Assembly (NCBI GenBank): GCA_964650565.1
Contig: CAZYUQ010000001.1
Span: 1-32,721, forward strand
Source: an uncultured Candidatus Bathyarchaeia archaeon
GTDB taxonomy: Archaea; Thermoproteota; Bathyarchaeia; Bathyarchaeales; Bathycorpusculaceae
Reading direction: 5' to 3'
Length of the DNA stretch: 32,721 nt
The notes under the pieces are model-generated. The model did no database searches. It was not told where the DNA came from and saw nothing but the letters and a program-made list of their open reading frames with translations. Made by a program: the position numbers and the translations under genes. This document shows, one piece after another, positions 1 through 7,603 of this stretch. Within the stretch, counting starts at the first letter, position 1; the number at the start of each line of letters is the position of its first letter.

Positions 1-464
1 CTCTTAACCAGATACTCCTGAAAATGAAGCGCGCCATCTCTCGTCACGATTCGGGTTTCGAATTTGTCGTCAGTCATAGGCAAAATCGCCATCTCAAGCC
101 CTAACGCCCGTGCAACTTCAGCCGTAACCTCAGATAACTTGCGCCCTTTTTTCAGCAGGTTAGTTCTGAAAACGTGAGTAGCCAAATCCTCGTCGCCAAG
201 CGCAAACCATGCTTCCTGTTTAAGCTTCCTAAGCGCTTCTAAGCAGTGGAAGGTGTCCCCTTTAAGTCCCCAGCCTTTTTCTTCATCAACTATGCCCGCC
301 AACGTGTAGGTAACAATGTCGATGTCTGGAGATATGTGCAAACCAAACAGTTCAATGTCATCACCAGTATTCACGATTATCGACAAATCTTTAGCATTAA
401 CGAGCTGTACAAGTCCCGTGAGAAAGCGTGCTGCGCCTACTCCACCAGCTAAAGCTGTAATCAT
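1..464 (-). CDS. cofD: 2-phospho-L-lactate transferase (CofD/YvcK family), N-terminal part; C-terminus lies beyond the window edge
   Basis: Not in the supplied track because it runs off the left edge. ATG at 464-462 on the minus strand. Translation starts MITALAGGVGAARFLTGLVQLVNAKDLSIIVNTGDDIELFGLHISPDIDIVTYTLAGIVDEEKGWGLKGDTF. The glycine-rich N-terminus and NTGDD motif are typical of CofD. Confidence 0.75.
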   Translation of the reverse strand, partial: MITALAGGVGAARFLTGLVQLVNAKDLSIIVNTGDDIELFGLHISPDIDIVTYTLAGIVDEEKGWGLKGDTFHCLEALRKLKQEAWFALGDEDLATHVFRTNLLKKGRKLSEVTAEVARALGLEMAILPMTDDKFETRIVTRDGALHFQEYLVK

Positions 465-487
465 TGTCTTTCACGCTTAAGCCTGTG

Positions 488-961
488 TTATGGCGTTTTA
501 TGTTCTTTTTCTGAAACCCAGTACGCTGCTGCTGAACCCTCTGCGTTTAGCACCTGTTCTTTTTTGAAGATTGGCGCTTCGCTTTTGTAGCGTTCCACGG
601 CTTCGCGTAGAACGGGAAACACGTCGGTTCTGTGTGAGCCGGCAACTGAAACGTACACTAGGTCTTCTCCGATGTCGAATTCGCCGAGGAAATGGTGAAT
701 TTGGACGTCAACTATTCCTGGCTTCTGGGATAAGTCAGTGCAGATTTTTGCGAGGACTTCGTTGGCTTTTTCCTCGTATGCTTCCAGCGTGAGTTTCTGC
801 ACTTTTTCGTCTTCTAGGGTTTCGCCGCGAGTTACGCCGATGAAGAGGGCTATTGCTCCAGCTTTCTTGAAGTTACTGTTTTTTTTGATGTTGCTTAGCA
901 GGTTTGAGATTGAGAGGGTCCCTTTTTTATGGACGCCAGAATTTTCAGTCAAGCGTGTCAC
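488..961 (-). CDS. moaE: Molybdopterin synthase catalytic subunit (MoaE family)
   Basis: 157-aa ORF. The segments GAIALFIGVTRGE, LTLEAY, IHHFLGEFDIGEDLVYVSVAGSHRTDVF and YKSEAPIFKKE line up with the conserved MoaE core (TFxGxVR, HRxGxLxxGE, xHRxxAF, APxWKKE). Confidence 0.7.
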   Translation of the reverse strand: MTRLTENSGVHKKGTLSISNLLSNIKKNSNFKKAGAIALFIGVTRGETLEDEKVQKLTLEAYEEKANEVLAKICTDLSQKPGIVDVQIHHFLGEFDIGEDLVYVSVAGSHRTDVFPVLREAVERYKSEAPIFKKEQVLNAEGSAAAYWVSEKEHKTP

Positions 962-1069
962 TTCCTTAATGGTTTATTGGAGAAACGGGTACTTTAAGCT
1001 GTTTTCGGCGTTAAAAGCTGTTTCGCATAAGCAAACGCAAAGGAAAAGTGAAAAATAGTTTCTTGCGGT

Positions 1070-1684
1070 TTAAGCTTGTTGGGCTTCTTGCTCTATTGCC
1101 TGAGCAGGCTGCGCGACTAGTTTGGATTTTCTGATGCCTACGTGTCTGAGTGGTGCCACTTGCTTGGCTTCGTTGTAAATGTCTGAGGCTATTTTTCCGA
1201 GGACCATTTCTTGAACGAACTGGTCTATGGTTAACACAGAGGCTTTTTCGCTGATGGTTTTCGCCATCATGCTGCGGATGATTTTCTCTTGGGATGTTCT
1301 GATTCTTGAAAGTGTAAGGGCTGAAACTGACACGCGTAGTTTGTAGCCGTCTTTTGTGGTTAGGTTGAAGAGTCCGTCGACTTTGGTTGTTCTTCGCCTA
1401 ACTAAGCTTCGCAGGTAGTCGCGTGAGTATTCGTGGCCTTTGAACAGTGTGTGGGCGGTTTTGCCTTCCATTCTGTTGATTTGGAAGAACATTTTTAGGT
1501 ATTGGTGGGAGAAGTCGCCTGTTATGTCGTAGAGTGTGGCTTCTACGATTCTTCCCATGAGTTGTTCCTGTTCTTCTGCGGGTACTGTGCCTAGTTCGAC
1601 GTTTCCAAAGAATGGCGGTGCTACTACCATGTACCATGCTTTTCCTCGCCATTTGTCGCGTACGTGTTTCGCTTTTGAAGACAA
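1070..1684 (-). CDS. rps3ae: 30S ribosomal protein S3Ae (eS1)
   Basis: The track ORF 1070..2245 is an artefactual 5' extension through an alternate frame of serS. The real gene most likely starts at TTG 1684-1682, preceded by GGAGG (1695-1691). The product SSKAKHVRDKWRGKAWYMVVAPPFFGN... (204 aa) has the DKW-K-K-WY-APxxF N-terminus typical of S3Ae. Confidence 0.85.
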   Translation of the reverse strand: MSSKAKHVRDKWRGKAWYMVVAPPFFGNVELGTVPAEEQEQLMGRIVEATLYDITGDFSHQYLKMFFQINRMEGKTAHTLFKGHEYSRDYLRSLVRRRTTKVDGLFNLTTKDGYKLRVSVSALTLSRIRTSQEKIIRSMMAKTISEKASVLTIDQFVQEMVLGKIASDIYNEAKQVAPLRHVGIRKSKLVAQPAQAIEQEAQQA

Positions 1685-1734
1685 GTTTATCCTCCGAACG
1701 TATCTTGGTGATTCGCAAGGCTGTATTAAAAGGT

Positions 1735-3024
1735 TTACCGTTTCGGGGTTATGTTCTCGATGTCGTTCATGTGTTTTCTTAGGGCTTTTGGGATCGTTAT
1801 TGTGCCGTCTTTTTGTTGGTTGTTTTCTAGGATGGCGACGATGGTTCTGCCTGTGGCTATGGCGGTTGAGTTTAGGGTGTGGACGAAGCCTTTGGTGGGT
1901 GCGCCTTCTTTTTCTCTGTAGCGTATGTTTAATCGTCTTGCTTGGTAAGCGGTGCAGTTGCTGCAGGAAACTATTTCTCGGTACCCGTTTTGTGCGGGCA
2001 TCCATGCTTCGATGTCGTATTTTTTGGCGGCTACTGTGCCGATGTCGCCTGTGCACACGTTGACTACGCGGTAGGGTAAGTCGAGTTTTTGGATGAGGTC
2101 TTCTGCGTTTTGGAGGAGTTCTTCGTGTAGTTTCCATGATTGTTCGGGTGCGCAGAAGATGAATTGTTCTATTTTGTTGAATTGGTGGGTTCGGAATATT
2201 CCGCGTGTGTCTTTGCCGTGTGCGCCTGCTTCTTTTCTGAAGCATGTGCTTACTCCTGCGAGTTTAAGCGGTAACGCGTCTTCAACTAGTACTTCGTCTT
2301 TGTACATTGCTGCCATTGGGTGTTCTGAGGTTGCGATTAGGTATAGGTCTTCGTTTTCGATTTTGTAGAGCACGTCTTCAAAGTCGCTTAGGGCTGTTAC
2401 GCCTTCATACGCGTCTTTGCGCATTAGGTAGGGTGGTTCCACGGGTGTGTAGCCTTTTTTTACCATTTCTCCCAGTGCGAAGCTGATTAGTGCCATGTCT
2501 AGGAGTGCGGCTTCGTTTTTTAGGTAGAAGAATCTGGAGCCTGAGACTTTTCCTGCTCTTTCGATGTCCATTATGTCTAGGTTTAGGCTTAGGTCGATGT
2601 GGTTTTTGATTAGGAAGTCGAATTTTGGGGTTGTGCCCCATGTGCGCAGTTGGATGTTGGCGTTTTCGTCTTTGCCAACTGGCACGGTTTCGTGTAGTAG
2701 GTTTGGTAAGCGCATGAGGTAGTTGCGTGTTTGTTCTTCGTTTGCGGTTACTTCTTTTTCTATGCTTGTGATTTCAGTGTCTATTTGTTTTGCTTTTCCC
2801 ACTTGGCTGTTGGCGTCTTTTCCCGTTTTTTTGAGCGTGGCGATTTCGGTGGTTACGAGTTTTCTTTCGTGTCGGAGGTCGTTTAGTTTTGTTAGGTTTT
2901 GTCGCCATGTTTTGTCTGCGGTTATTAGGGCGTTGAGCATGGTGAGGTTTTCTGGGTTGCCTCTTTTGGTTAGGTTTTCTTTTACGAGTTCTGGGTTTTC
3001 TCGGATGAGTTTGATGTCTAACAT
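1735..3024 (-). CDS. serS: Seryl-tRNA synthetase
   Basis: MLDIKLIRENPELVKENL... has an N-terminal coiled-coil arm and a class II core (SGSRFFYL, TSEHP, FRKEAG, THQFNKIEQF, GRTIVAILEN). The ATG at 3024 is preferred; the in-frame GTG at 3033 (track start) is possible. Confidence 0.95.
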   Translation of the reverse strand: MLDIKLIRENPELVKENLTKRGNPENLTMLNALITADKTWRQNLTKLNDLRHERKLVTTEIATLKKTGKDANSQVGKAKQIDTEITSIEKEVTANEEQTRNYLMRLPNLLHETVPVGKDENANIQLRTWGTTPKFDFLIKNHIDLSLNLDIMDIERAGKVSGSRFFYLKNEAALLDMALISFALGEMVKKGYTPVEPPYLMRKDAYEGVTALSDFEDVLYKIENEDLYLIATSEHPMAAMYKDEVLVEDALPLKLAGVSTCFRKEAGAHGKDTRGIFRTHQFNKIEQFIFCAPEQSWKLHEELLQNAEDLIQKLDLPYRVVNVCTGDIGTVAAKKYDIEAWMPAQNGYREIVSCSNCTAYQARRLNIRYREKEGAPTKGFVHTLNSTAIATGRTIVAILENNQQKDGTITIPKALRKHMNDIENITPKR

Positions 3025-3067
3025 TTTTCTCACGGAGTCGACAGGTGTAGTTGTAGATTTGCTTGGT

Positions 3068-3075
3068 TATTTAAA
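3068..3075 (-). promoter_or_regulatory. Candidate TATA box for serS
   Basis: The minus strand reads TTTAAATA, about 35-45 nt upstream of the serS start candidates. Matches the archaeal TTTAWATA consensus. Confidence 0.4.
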
Positions 3076-3141
3076 CTTGCTATGTGTGGTTTAGAGGTTG
3101 CGCTGTGCAGGCACGTTATGGAAAGCAGAGTGAACTATCGC

Positions 3142-3180
3142 GTGGAAAAGTCTATACCCCCATTTTAAATGGTTTATATA
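3142..3180 (+). repeat. Composite intergenic element, copy A1: GTGGAAAAGTCTATACCCCC, 11 nt, then TTTATATA
   Basis: Closely parallels 22232-22274 (GTGGGAAAAACTATAGCCCCC, 14 nt, then TTTATATA). The C5 run is at 3157-3161 and the TATA-like octamer at 3173-3180. Confidence 0.6.
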
Positions 3181-3201
3181 GAGAGTGGAAAGCGCCACTG
3201 T

Positions 3202-3217
3202 GGGGATAGACCCCCTA
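3202..3217 (+). repeat. Intergenic element copy A2: GGGGATAGACCCCCTA (16-nt exact match to 32632-32647)
   Basis: Exact 16-mer shared with the right-edge intergenic region. Can fold as GGGG-ATAGA-CCCC. Confidence 0.6.
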
Positions 3218-3253
3218 CTGGTTTCTGCATAGAATCTCTATTAGGCTCCAAAT

Positions 3254-3264
3254 ATGAGGGGGCT
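3254..3264 (-). repeat. Intergenic element copy A3 (inverted): plus strand ATGAGGGGGCT = minus strand AGCCCCCTCAT
   Basis: The same AG-CCCCC-T core as the other copies, in opposite orientation. Complementary to 3209-3216. Confidence 0.45.
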
Positions 3265-3340
3265 TTCACTGTTATGTTTGGGGCGCTCTTTCCTCTTCTT
3301 GTTTGAAGTATTGATGGATTGAAGTGTTGTTGTGGTGTGG

Positions 3341-3721
3341 TTAGCTGAAAATGGTTGTTAGAAGTGCTTTGACGGTTGTGTATTCTTTGGTTAGGTTTTG
3401 GGTGGGTGTTGTTTTTTCACATGAGATGCAGTTATCGTCTTGGCAGGTTAGCGTGTAGTTCCTTGTTTGCAGTGTTTTGAGGCATGTTAAGTTTTTTTCC
3501 AGAGTTTTCAAGTTCACGTTGTTTGAGTTGGGGCATAGGTAGAGCAGGATTTCGATGAAAAAAGAGGGTGTGTTGAGCAGTGTTAAGCGTACACCGATGC
3601 CTATTCTGTAGTTCTGGTTTTTTTCCAGTGTCCGGTAAGCTTCCTTGTGCTCTGCGTTCTTTGCTTCTTCCAGCAGTATTTTGGTGTCCAATGGTTTGTT
3701 TTCTTTCATTCTTTGGGTCAC
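3341..3721 (-). CDS. Hypothetical protein (126 aa, five Cys), last gene of the ABC transporter string
   Basis: ORF only, no family recognised. Same strand and 36 nt downstream of the permease gene. The local region looks T-rich on the plus strand. Confidence 0.35.
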   Translation of the reverse strand: MTQRMKENKPLDTKILLEEAKNAEHKEAYRTLEKNQNYRIGIGVRLTLLNTPSFFIEILLYLCPNSNNVNLKTLEKNLTCLKTLQTRNYTLTCQDDNCISCEKTTPTQNLTKEYTTVKALLTTIFS

Positions 3722-3757
3722 GTCGTTCTTTTCCAGTTTGTGCTCTGGGGTTTTTGC

Positions 3758-4912
3758 TTAGATTTTGTAGTATTTCCCGTACAGGACTATGCCCACTGCC
3801 AAGATGGCTGCACAGGAGCCTGAGATTACTGCCGTGTCCAATAGCACTGCGGAGCTGGTGATTGCGGCGCCTCTCAGGAACAGTGAGGTTAAGGCGTCGG
3901 TGACGTAGTAGCTGGGTACGATTTTGCCTGCTATTTGCGCTGCTGAAGAGAGCGATGCGCCGACGAAGGTGCCGAGGAACAGTTGCGGGAGCACGAAGAG
4001 GAATGAGAGTCCTGTTGCTGCACCTGAGGTTTTTGAGATTGTTGCGGTGATTAATCCGAAGCCGATATTGGATAACGCGAACACCAGTACCAGTACGAAA
4101 GCGAACACGTAGACGGGTACGCCCACGTCGGGTTTGAAGCCCATTACGTAAACCATGGCGAACACGAGGATTGCCTGAATCAGCGCGATGACCGTGTAGG
4201 ATAGGATTTGGCTGACCATGAATTCCGTAGGTGATGTTGGTGTAATGCGGATTCGTTTCATCATGCCGTTCTCGCGGTCTTGGGTGAACGATTGGGCAAC
4301 CATCATTATGAGGAATATCGACGCGAAAGTGAACATGCCTGGCGCCATGAAATCAAATGCTGATGTCTGCTTCACTTCGACTAATGATGCGGTCTGCAGG
4401 CTAATCGGGCTTGGCGTTGCTTGCTGGTTGCTATCTGTGAATGCTGCTATGACCTGCTGAATAATTGGTGGTATCGCCTGAGTTGCAACGATTGAGCCTT
4501 TGTCCAAGTACAGCGAGATTGTGGCGTTCACCCAACTGCTGGGGTCGTTTGGCGCTGATTGATACGAAGCGAAGCTTTCGCTAAACGCGGCGGGTATCAT
4601 CATTACAGCTTGAACTTTGCCCTGCGACAACTCGTCTTGGGCAGTTTGGTTATCCGCGTACGTTTGAACGTTCAGTATTTCCGTGCCTGACAACGCAGTG
4701 ATGAATAGCTGTGACGTCTGCGAGTTTGCTTGGTCCATGTTGACTACGCCGATTTGGTAGACGGCTTCGCTTCCTCCGACGCCGCCGAAGGACGCGCCGA
4801 AAGCTAAAACGAACACTATGGGAAACAGGAATATCATGAACAGCACTGCGGGTTCGCGAACTGTCTTCTTCATTTCTTTCTTAGTTAAAGCAAAGACTCG
4901 TTGAAGTTTCAT
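3758..4912 (-). CDS. ABC-2 type transporter permease with a large extracytoplasmic loop after TM1
   Basis: 384 aa. N-terminal TM (VLFMIFLFPIVFVLAFGASFG), a roughly 150-aa hydrophilic loop, then about 5 C-terminal TMs, which is the typical ABC-2 architecture. The start abuts the stop of the ATPase gene (4912/4913). Confidence 0.85.
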   Translation of the reverse strand: MKLQRVFALTKKEMKKTVREPAVLFMIFLFPIVFVLAFGASFGGVGGSEAVYQIGVVNMDQANSQTSQLFITALSGTEILNVQTYADNQTAQDELSQGKVQAVMMIPAAFSESFASYQSAPNDPSSWVNATISLYLDKGSIVATQAIPPIIQQVIAAFTDSNQQATPSPISLQTASLVEVKQTSAFDFMAPGMFTFASIFLIMMVAQSFTQDRENGMMKRIRITPTSPTEFMVSQILSYTVIALIQAILVFAMVYVMGFKPDVGVPVYVFAFVLVLVFALSNIGFGLITATISKTSGAATGLSFLFVLPQLFLGTFVGASLSSAAQIAGKIVPSYYVTDALTSLFLRGAAITSSAVLLDTAVISGSCAAILAVGIVLYGKYYKI

Positions 4913-5659
4913 TTAGACCGCCTCCCGTATTTTTCTTCCAGTGAGTTTGATGAAGACCTCTTCCAAATTCTTGACTTTGTTTTTCGAAATCAAGTCTGCA
5001 GGTGAACCCAGCGCGATTAGTTTTCCGTGGTCAATTATGCCCACGCGGTCGCAAAGCTCCTCTGCTTCCTCCATGTAATGCGTAGTCAAAATGACCGTTT
5101 TGCCTTCTCCATTCAACTCTTTGATGAAGTCCCAGACCGCCCGTCGCGATTGCGGGTCCATCGCTACTGTTGGCTCGTCCAAAAAGGCTATCTGCGGGTT
5201 GTGGATCAACGCGAGGATGAGGCTTAAGCGCCGTTTCATGCCGCCGCTGTATTTTTCCGTTTTTCTTTTTGCGTCTTGGGTTAGTCCCATCTTTTCCAGC
5301 AGCAAGCCTCGCCTTGCCTTAAGGGTTTCCTTGCTCATCGTGTGAAGGTTTCCGAAAAGCTCCACGTTCTCCGCGCCTGTCAAGTAGGGGTAAATCGCGG
5401 TTTCTTGAGGGCAAACCCCTATGAGTTCCTTGACTTCCGCTGTTTTCTTCTGCACATCGTAACCGCCGACTGTGGCAGAACCGCTTGTGGGCTTTATCAA
5501 ACCGCAGAGAATATTGATTGTGGTGCTTTTTCCTGCGCCGTTAGGACCTAAAAGCCCGAAAAGTTCTCCCTTCGGCACTTCTAAGCTGATTCCGTCTACA
5601 GCAGTTACGTCTTCAAACTTCTTGACAAGGTTTTCCATTACGAGGGCTGATTGCTTCAT
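4913..5659 (-). CDS. ABC transporter ATP-binding protein (ABC-2/DrrA/CcmA-like)
   Basis: Walker A GPNGAGKST, signature YSGGMKRRL, Walker B AFLDEPT and an H-loop TTHYM. The ATG at 5659 (MKQSALVMENL) is preferred over the track start 5692. Confidence 0.9.
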   Translation of the reverse strand: MKQSALVMENLVKKFEDVTAVDGISLEVPKGELFGLLGPNGAGKSTTINILCGLIKPTSGSATVGGYDVQKKTAEVKELIGVCPQETAIYPYLTGAENVELFGNLHTMSKETLKARRGLLLEKMGLTQDAKRKTEKYSGGMKRRLSLILALIHNPQIAFLDEPTVAMDPQSRRAVWDFIKELNGEGKTVILTTHYMEEAEELCDRVGIIDHGKLIALGSPADLISKNKVKNLEEVFIKLTGRKIREAV

Positions 5660-5804
5660 GTTATGCACATCCGTTTCTTTTCTGAATAACACTTGTGCCT
5701 GCTGAGGATTTATGTTCTTGTCAACTTGTCATCGCAAAAAAGACCCAAAAAACAGCTGGCGGAAGCTCTTTTATCACACAAGAGGTTGACGAAACGGACA
5801 CGGC

Positions 5805-6707
5805 TCACTGCTCGACAAGTTGGTCTCGCCAAGTACTGAAAATGTACCCCACGTACAACACGTTCGGCACAACAGACAGCACGCCTTCTTCTTTTTCAAG
5901 GCTTTCGCGGATTCTCTGCAGTTCCTTCATTGTGCTGGTCCAAACCGCATAGGTGGCAACGTTAGGAATGTCCACAAATTGCCAATAAAACAGCATGTGC
6001 GGCGCGTACTTCTTCACGATTTGGAAGGCTGACGCTGGGTCTGTGTCTGGCTTCAGGTGAAGCTGAACAAGCGTGACTATGTCGTTTGAGGCGTCAGGGT
6101 ACCACTCCAATGAAAGCTCAATCAACCCGTTCTTGACTAAGCGGTTAAGCCTGCGGCGGGCAGTCTTCGCTGAAATCCCCAGTTCATCCGCCACCTCAGA
6201 AATCGGCTTTCGGGAATCATCCTTCAACGCGCGAATAATCTGATAATCCAAAGCGTAAAGCTTCCTGTCGTCAGGATTAAACGCTGGCAACACAGGCGGC
6301 GCCGCCATAATGCCCACAGTCGGCTCAGGCATCTTCACCTCCTCCTTCACGTAGCTGACAAGCGCCGCCAACTCATGCACGTCCCGCAGGTAAGCGCCAA
6401 TGTACAGGTAGTTGCCGCCGCCCACCGCAAGCCAGTAAATTGACCCATGCGTTCTCATCTTGTCCGATAAGCTGTGGATGTTGCATATCTGGGAGTTGCC
6501 GTAAATGAAAACTTGGACTGAGTTCACTGCGAAGTGGCTGACCTTAGCCGTGAAACGGCGAATCACGCCAGCCTCCACCAGCGACTGGATGCGCTTGTGA
6601 ACCGCATTCACCGACAAATTAAGCTTCTTAGCTAACTCAGCGTAGGGCAACCGAGAGTTAACCAGCAACAGCTGAATCAAAAAGATATCCGCCTTGTCCA
6701 TGTTCAC
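5805..6707 (-). CDS. Tandem (duplicated) Lrp/AsnC-family transcriptional regulator
   Basis: Two HTH_AsnC-like modules in one 300-aa chain: IQLLLVNSRLPYAELAKKLNLSVNAVHKRIQSLVEAGVI and IIRALKDDSRKPISEVADELGISAKTARRRLNRLVKNGLI. Each is followed by a roughly 80-aa RAM-like region. Confidence 0.8.
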   Translation of the reverse strand: MNMDKADIFLIQLLLVNSRLPYAELAKKLNLSVNAVHKRIQSLVEAGVIRRFTAKVSHFAVNSVQVFIYGNSQICNIHSLSDKMRTHGSIYWLAVGGGNYLYIGAYLRDVHELAALVSYVKEEVKMPEPTVGIMAAPPVLPAFNPDDRKLYALDYQIIRALKDDSRKPISEVADELGISAKTARRRLNRLVKNGLIELSLEWYPDASNDIVTLVQLHLKPDTDPASAFQIVKKYAPHMLFYWQFVDIPNVATYAVWTSTMKELQRIRESLEKEEGVLSVVPNVLYVGYIFSTWRDQLVEQ

Positions 6708-6757
6708 CCAAATCTTAATCTAAAGTGCCTAGTTACCATTTTAAAACTTTTCAATTC

Positions 6758-6771
6758 CGTTGCACGCAACG
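6758..6771. promoter_or_regulatory. Inverted repeat CGTTGC-AC-GCAACG in the divergent Lrp / CcdA-like promoter region
   Basis: 6-bp arms with a 2-nt spacer, located between the divergent starts at 6707 and 6878. Candidate operator. Confidence 0.3.
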
Positions 6772-6877
6772 TAAACCTCCTCCATTTAAACAGCGCAACC
6801 CGCTCAGTAGCAAGTTGTGTAACCTTTAAATCGCCACAACCACTAGTTTCCCACGCTAAAAACCGTGAGAATTAACC

Positions 6878-7582
6878 ATGTCGTTGATGCCTGAGATTCC
6901 CAACCCGTATCTTGAGGCGTTCGCCGTCGGCATACTATACGGCTTAGCATTCTGCACCTCAGCCTGCCTCCCCTACATCGCAAGCTACATCGCAGGCATA
7001 GGCGCTGACTTCCGCAAAGGCGTAGTTGTCACCTTAATCTACAATTCAGGACGCATAACCGCCTACGCTATAGTCGGCGGCTTAATCGGCATACTTAGCA
7101 GCGCACTCAAACTTCTAGTAGATGAAGCCGCCATCGCTTCTTTTCAAAAATACTCTTCATACGCCTTCGGCTTAGTCACCATAACCATCGGCATAAGTAT
7201 ACTCTACAAAAACAGGGCGCCGTCCTGCGACTGCCACCCACAAAACACTGACAAACCCGCGACGACAGCAAGCAAGAGCCGATGGTTTGACGTACGCGCC
7301 TTCTCGTTAGGCTTAAGCAGAGGCTTAGTCATATGCCCACCACTGCTCATGCTGATGTTGTACTCGGTGCCTTTCGCTGCGCCATTTGACACTTTCGCCG
7401 TGGCAGTCCTCTTCGGCTTAGGCACAGCCCTATCGCCAATACTGCTGCTGGGCGGAGTAACAGGCTGGCTCCTCAACAAAGCACCCTTATTCAGAAAATG
7501 GATAACACTAGCCGGCGCCGCCATCCTCATAATACTCGGCATAGCCACGTTAATCACCGCGGCAATCGCCACCTTCACGTAG
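6878..7582 (+). CDS. CcdA/DsbD-family-like integral membrane protein (putative transmembrane thiol:disulfide electron transporter)
   Basis: 234 aa with about 6 TMs. Cys residues sit inside TM segments next to Pro (FCTSACLPY in TM1, LVICPPLL in a later TM), as in the DsbD/CcdA superfamily. Subfamily uncertain. Confidence 0.55.
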   Translation: MSLMPEIPNPYLEAFAVGILYGLAFCTSACLPYIASYIAGIGADFRKGVVVTLIYNSGRITAYAIVGGLIGILSSALKLLVDEAAIASFQKYSSYAFGLVTITIGISILYKNRAPSCDCHPQNTDKPATTASKSRWFDVRAFSLGLSRGLVICPPLLMLMLYSVPFAAPFDTFAVAVLFGLGTALSPILLLGGVTGWLLNKAPLFRKWITLAGAAILIILGIATLITAAIATFT

Positions 7583-7603
7583 CTGCCAACCTGAAAACGC
7601 GTG

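Noticed and set aside
246-452. Plus-strand 68-aa ORF at the left edge
   Set aside because: It is antisense to the clear CofD N-terminal coding sequence (1..464, minus strand).
1685-2245. 5' extension of the rps3ae ORF (track ORF 1070..2245, 391 aa) with an Arg/Lys/Pro/Thr/His-rich N-terminus
   Set aside because: The extension lies entirely inside serS in another frame, is low-complexity, and S3Ae homology begins only at SSKAKHVRDKW. A TTG with GGAGG at 1684 gives a normal 204-aa protein.
3142-3264. Replication origin (ORB-like boxes: GTGGAAA followed about 10 nt later by a G run, as in archaeal origin recognition boxes)
   Set aside because: The resemblance is loose. There is no extended AT-rich unwinding element, no orc1/cdc6 gene in the window, and the same elements are scattered over 30 kb. 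This remains a remote possibility, testable by an Orc1 binding assay or marker-frequency analysis.
5805-6707. Idea that the tandem Lrp-like protein is a fused siroheme decarboxylase (AhbA/B, NirDL-type), which would link to the CcdA-like gene through heme
   Set aside because: The C-terminal halves lack the His/Tyr/Arg-containing signature I associate with NirD/AhbA-B proteins. No CXXCH heme-binding protein is present in the window. An ordinary regulator is the more economical call.
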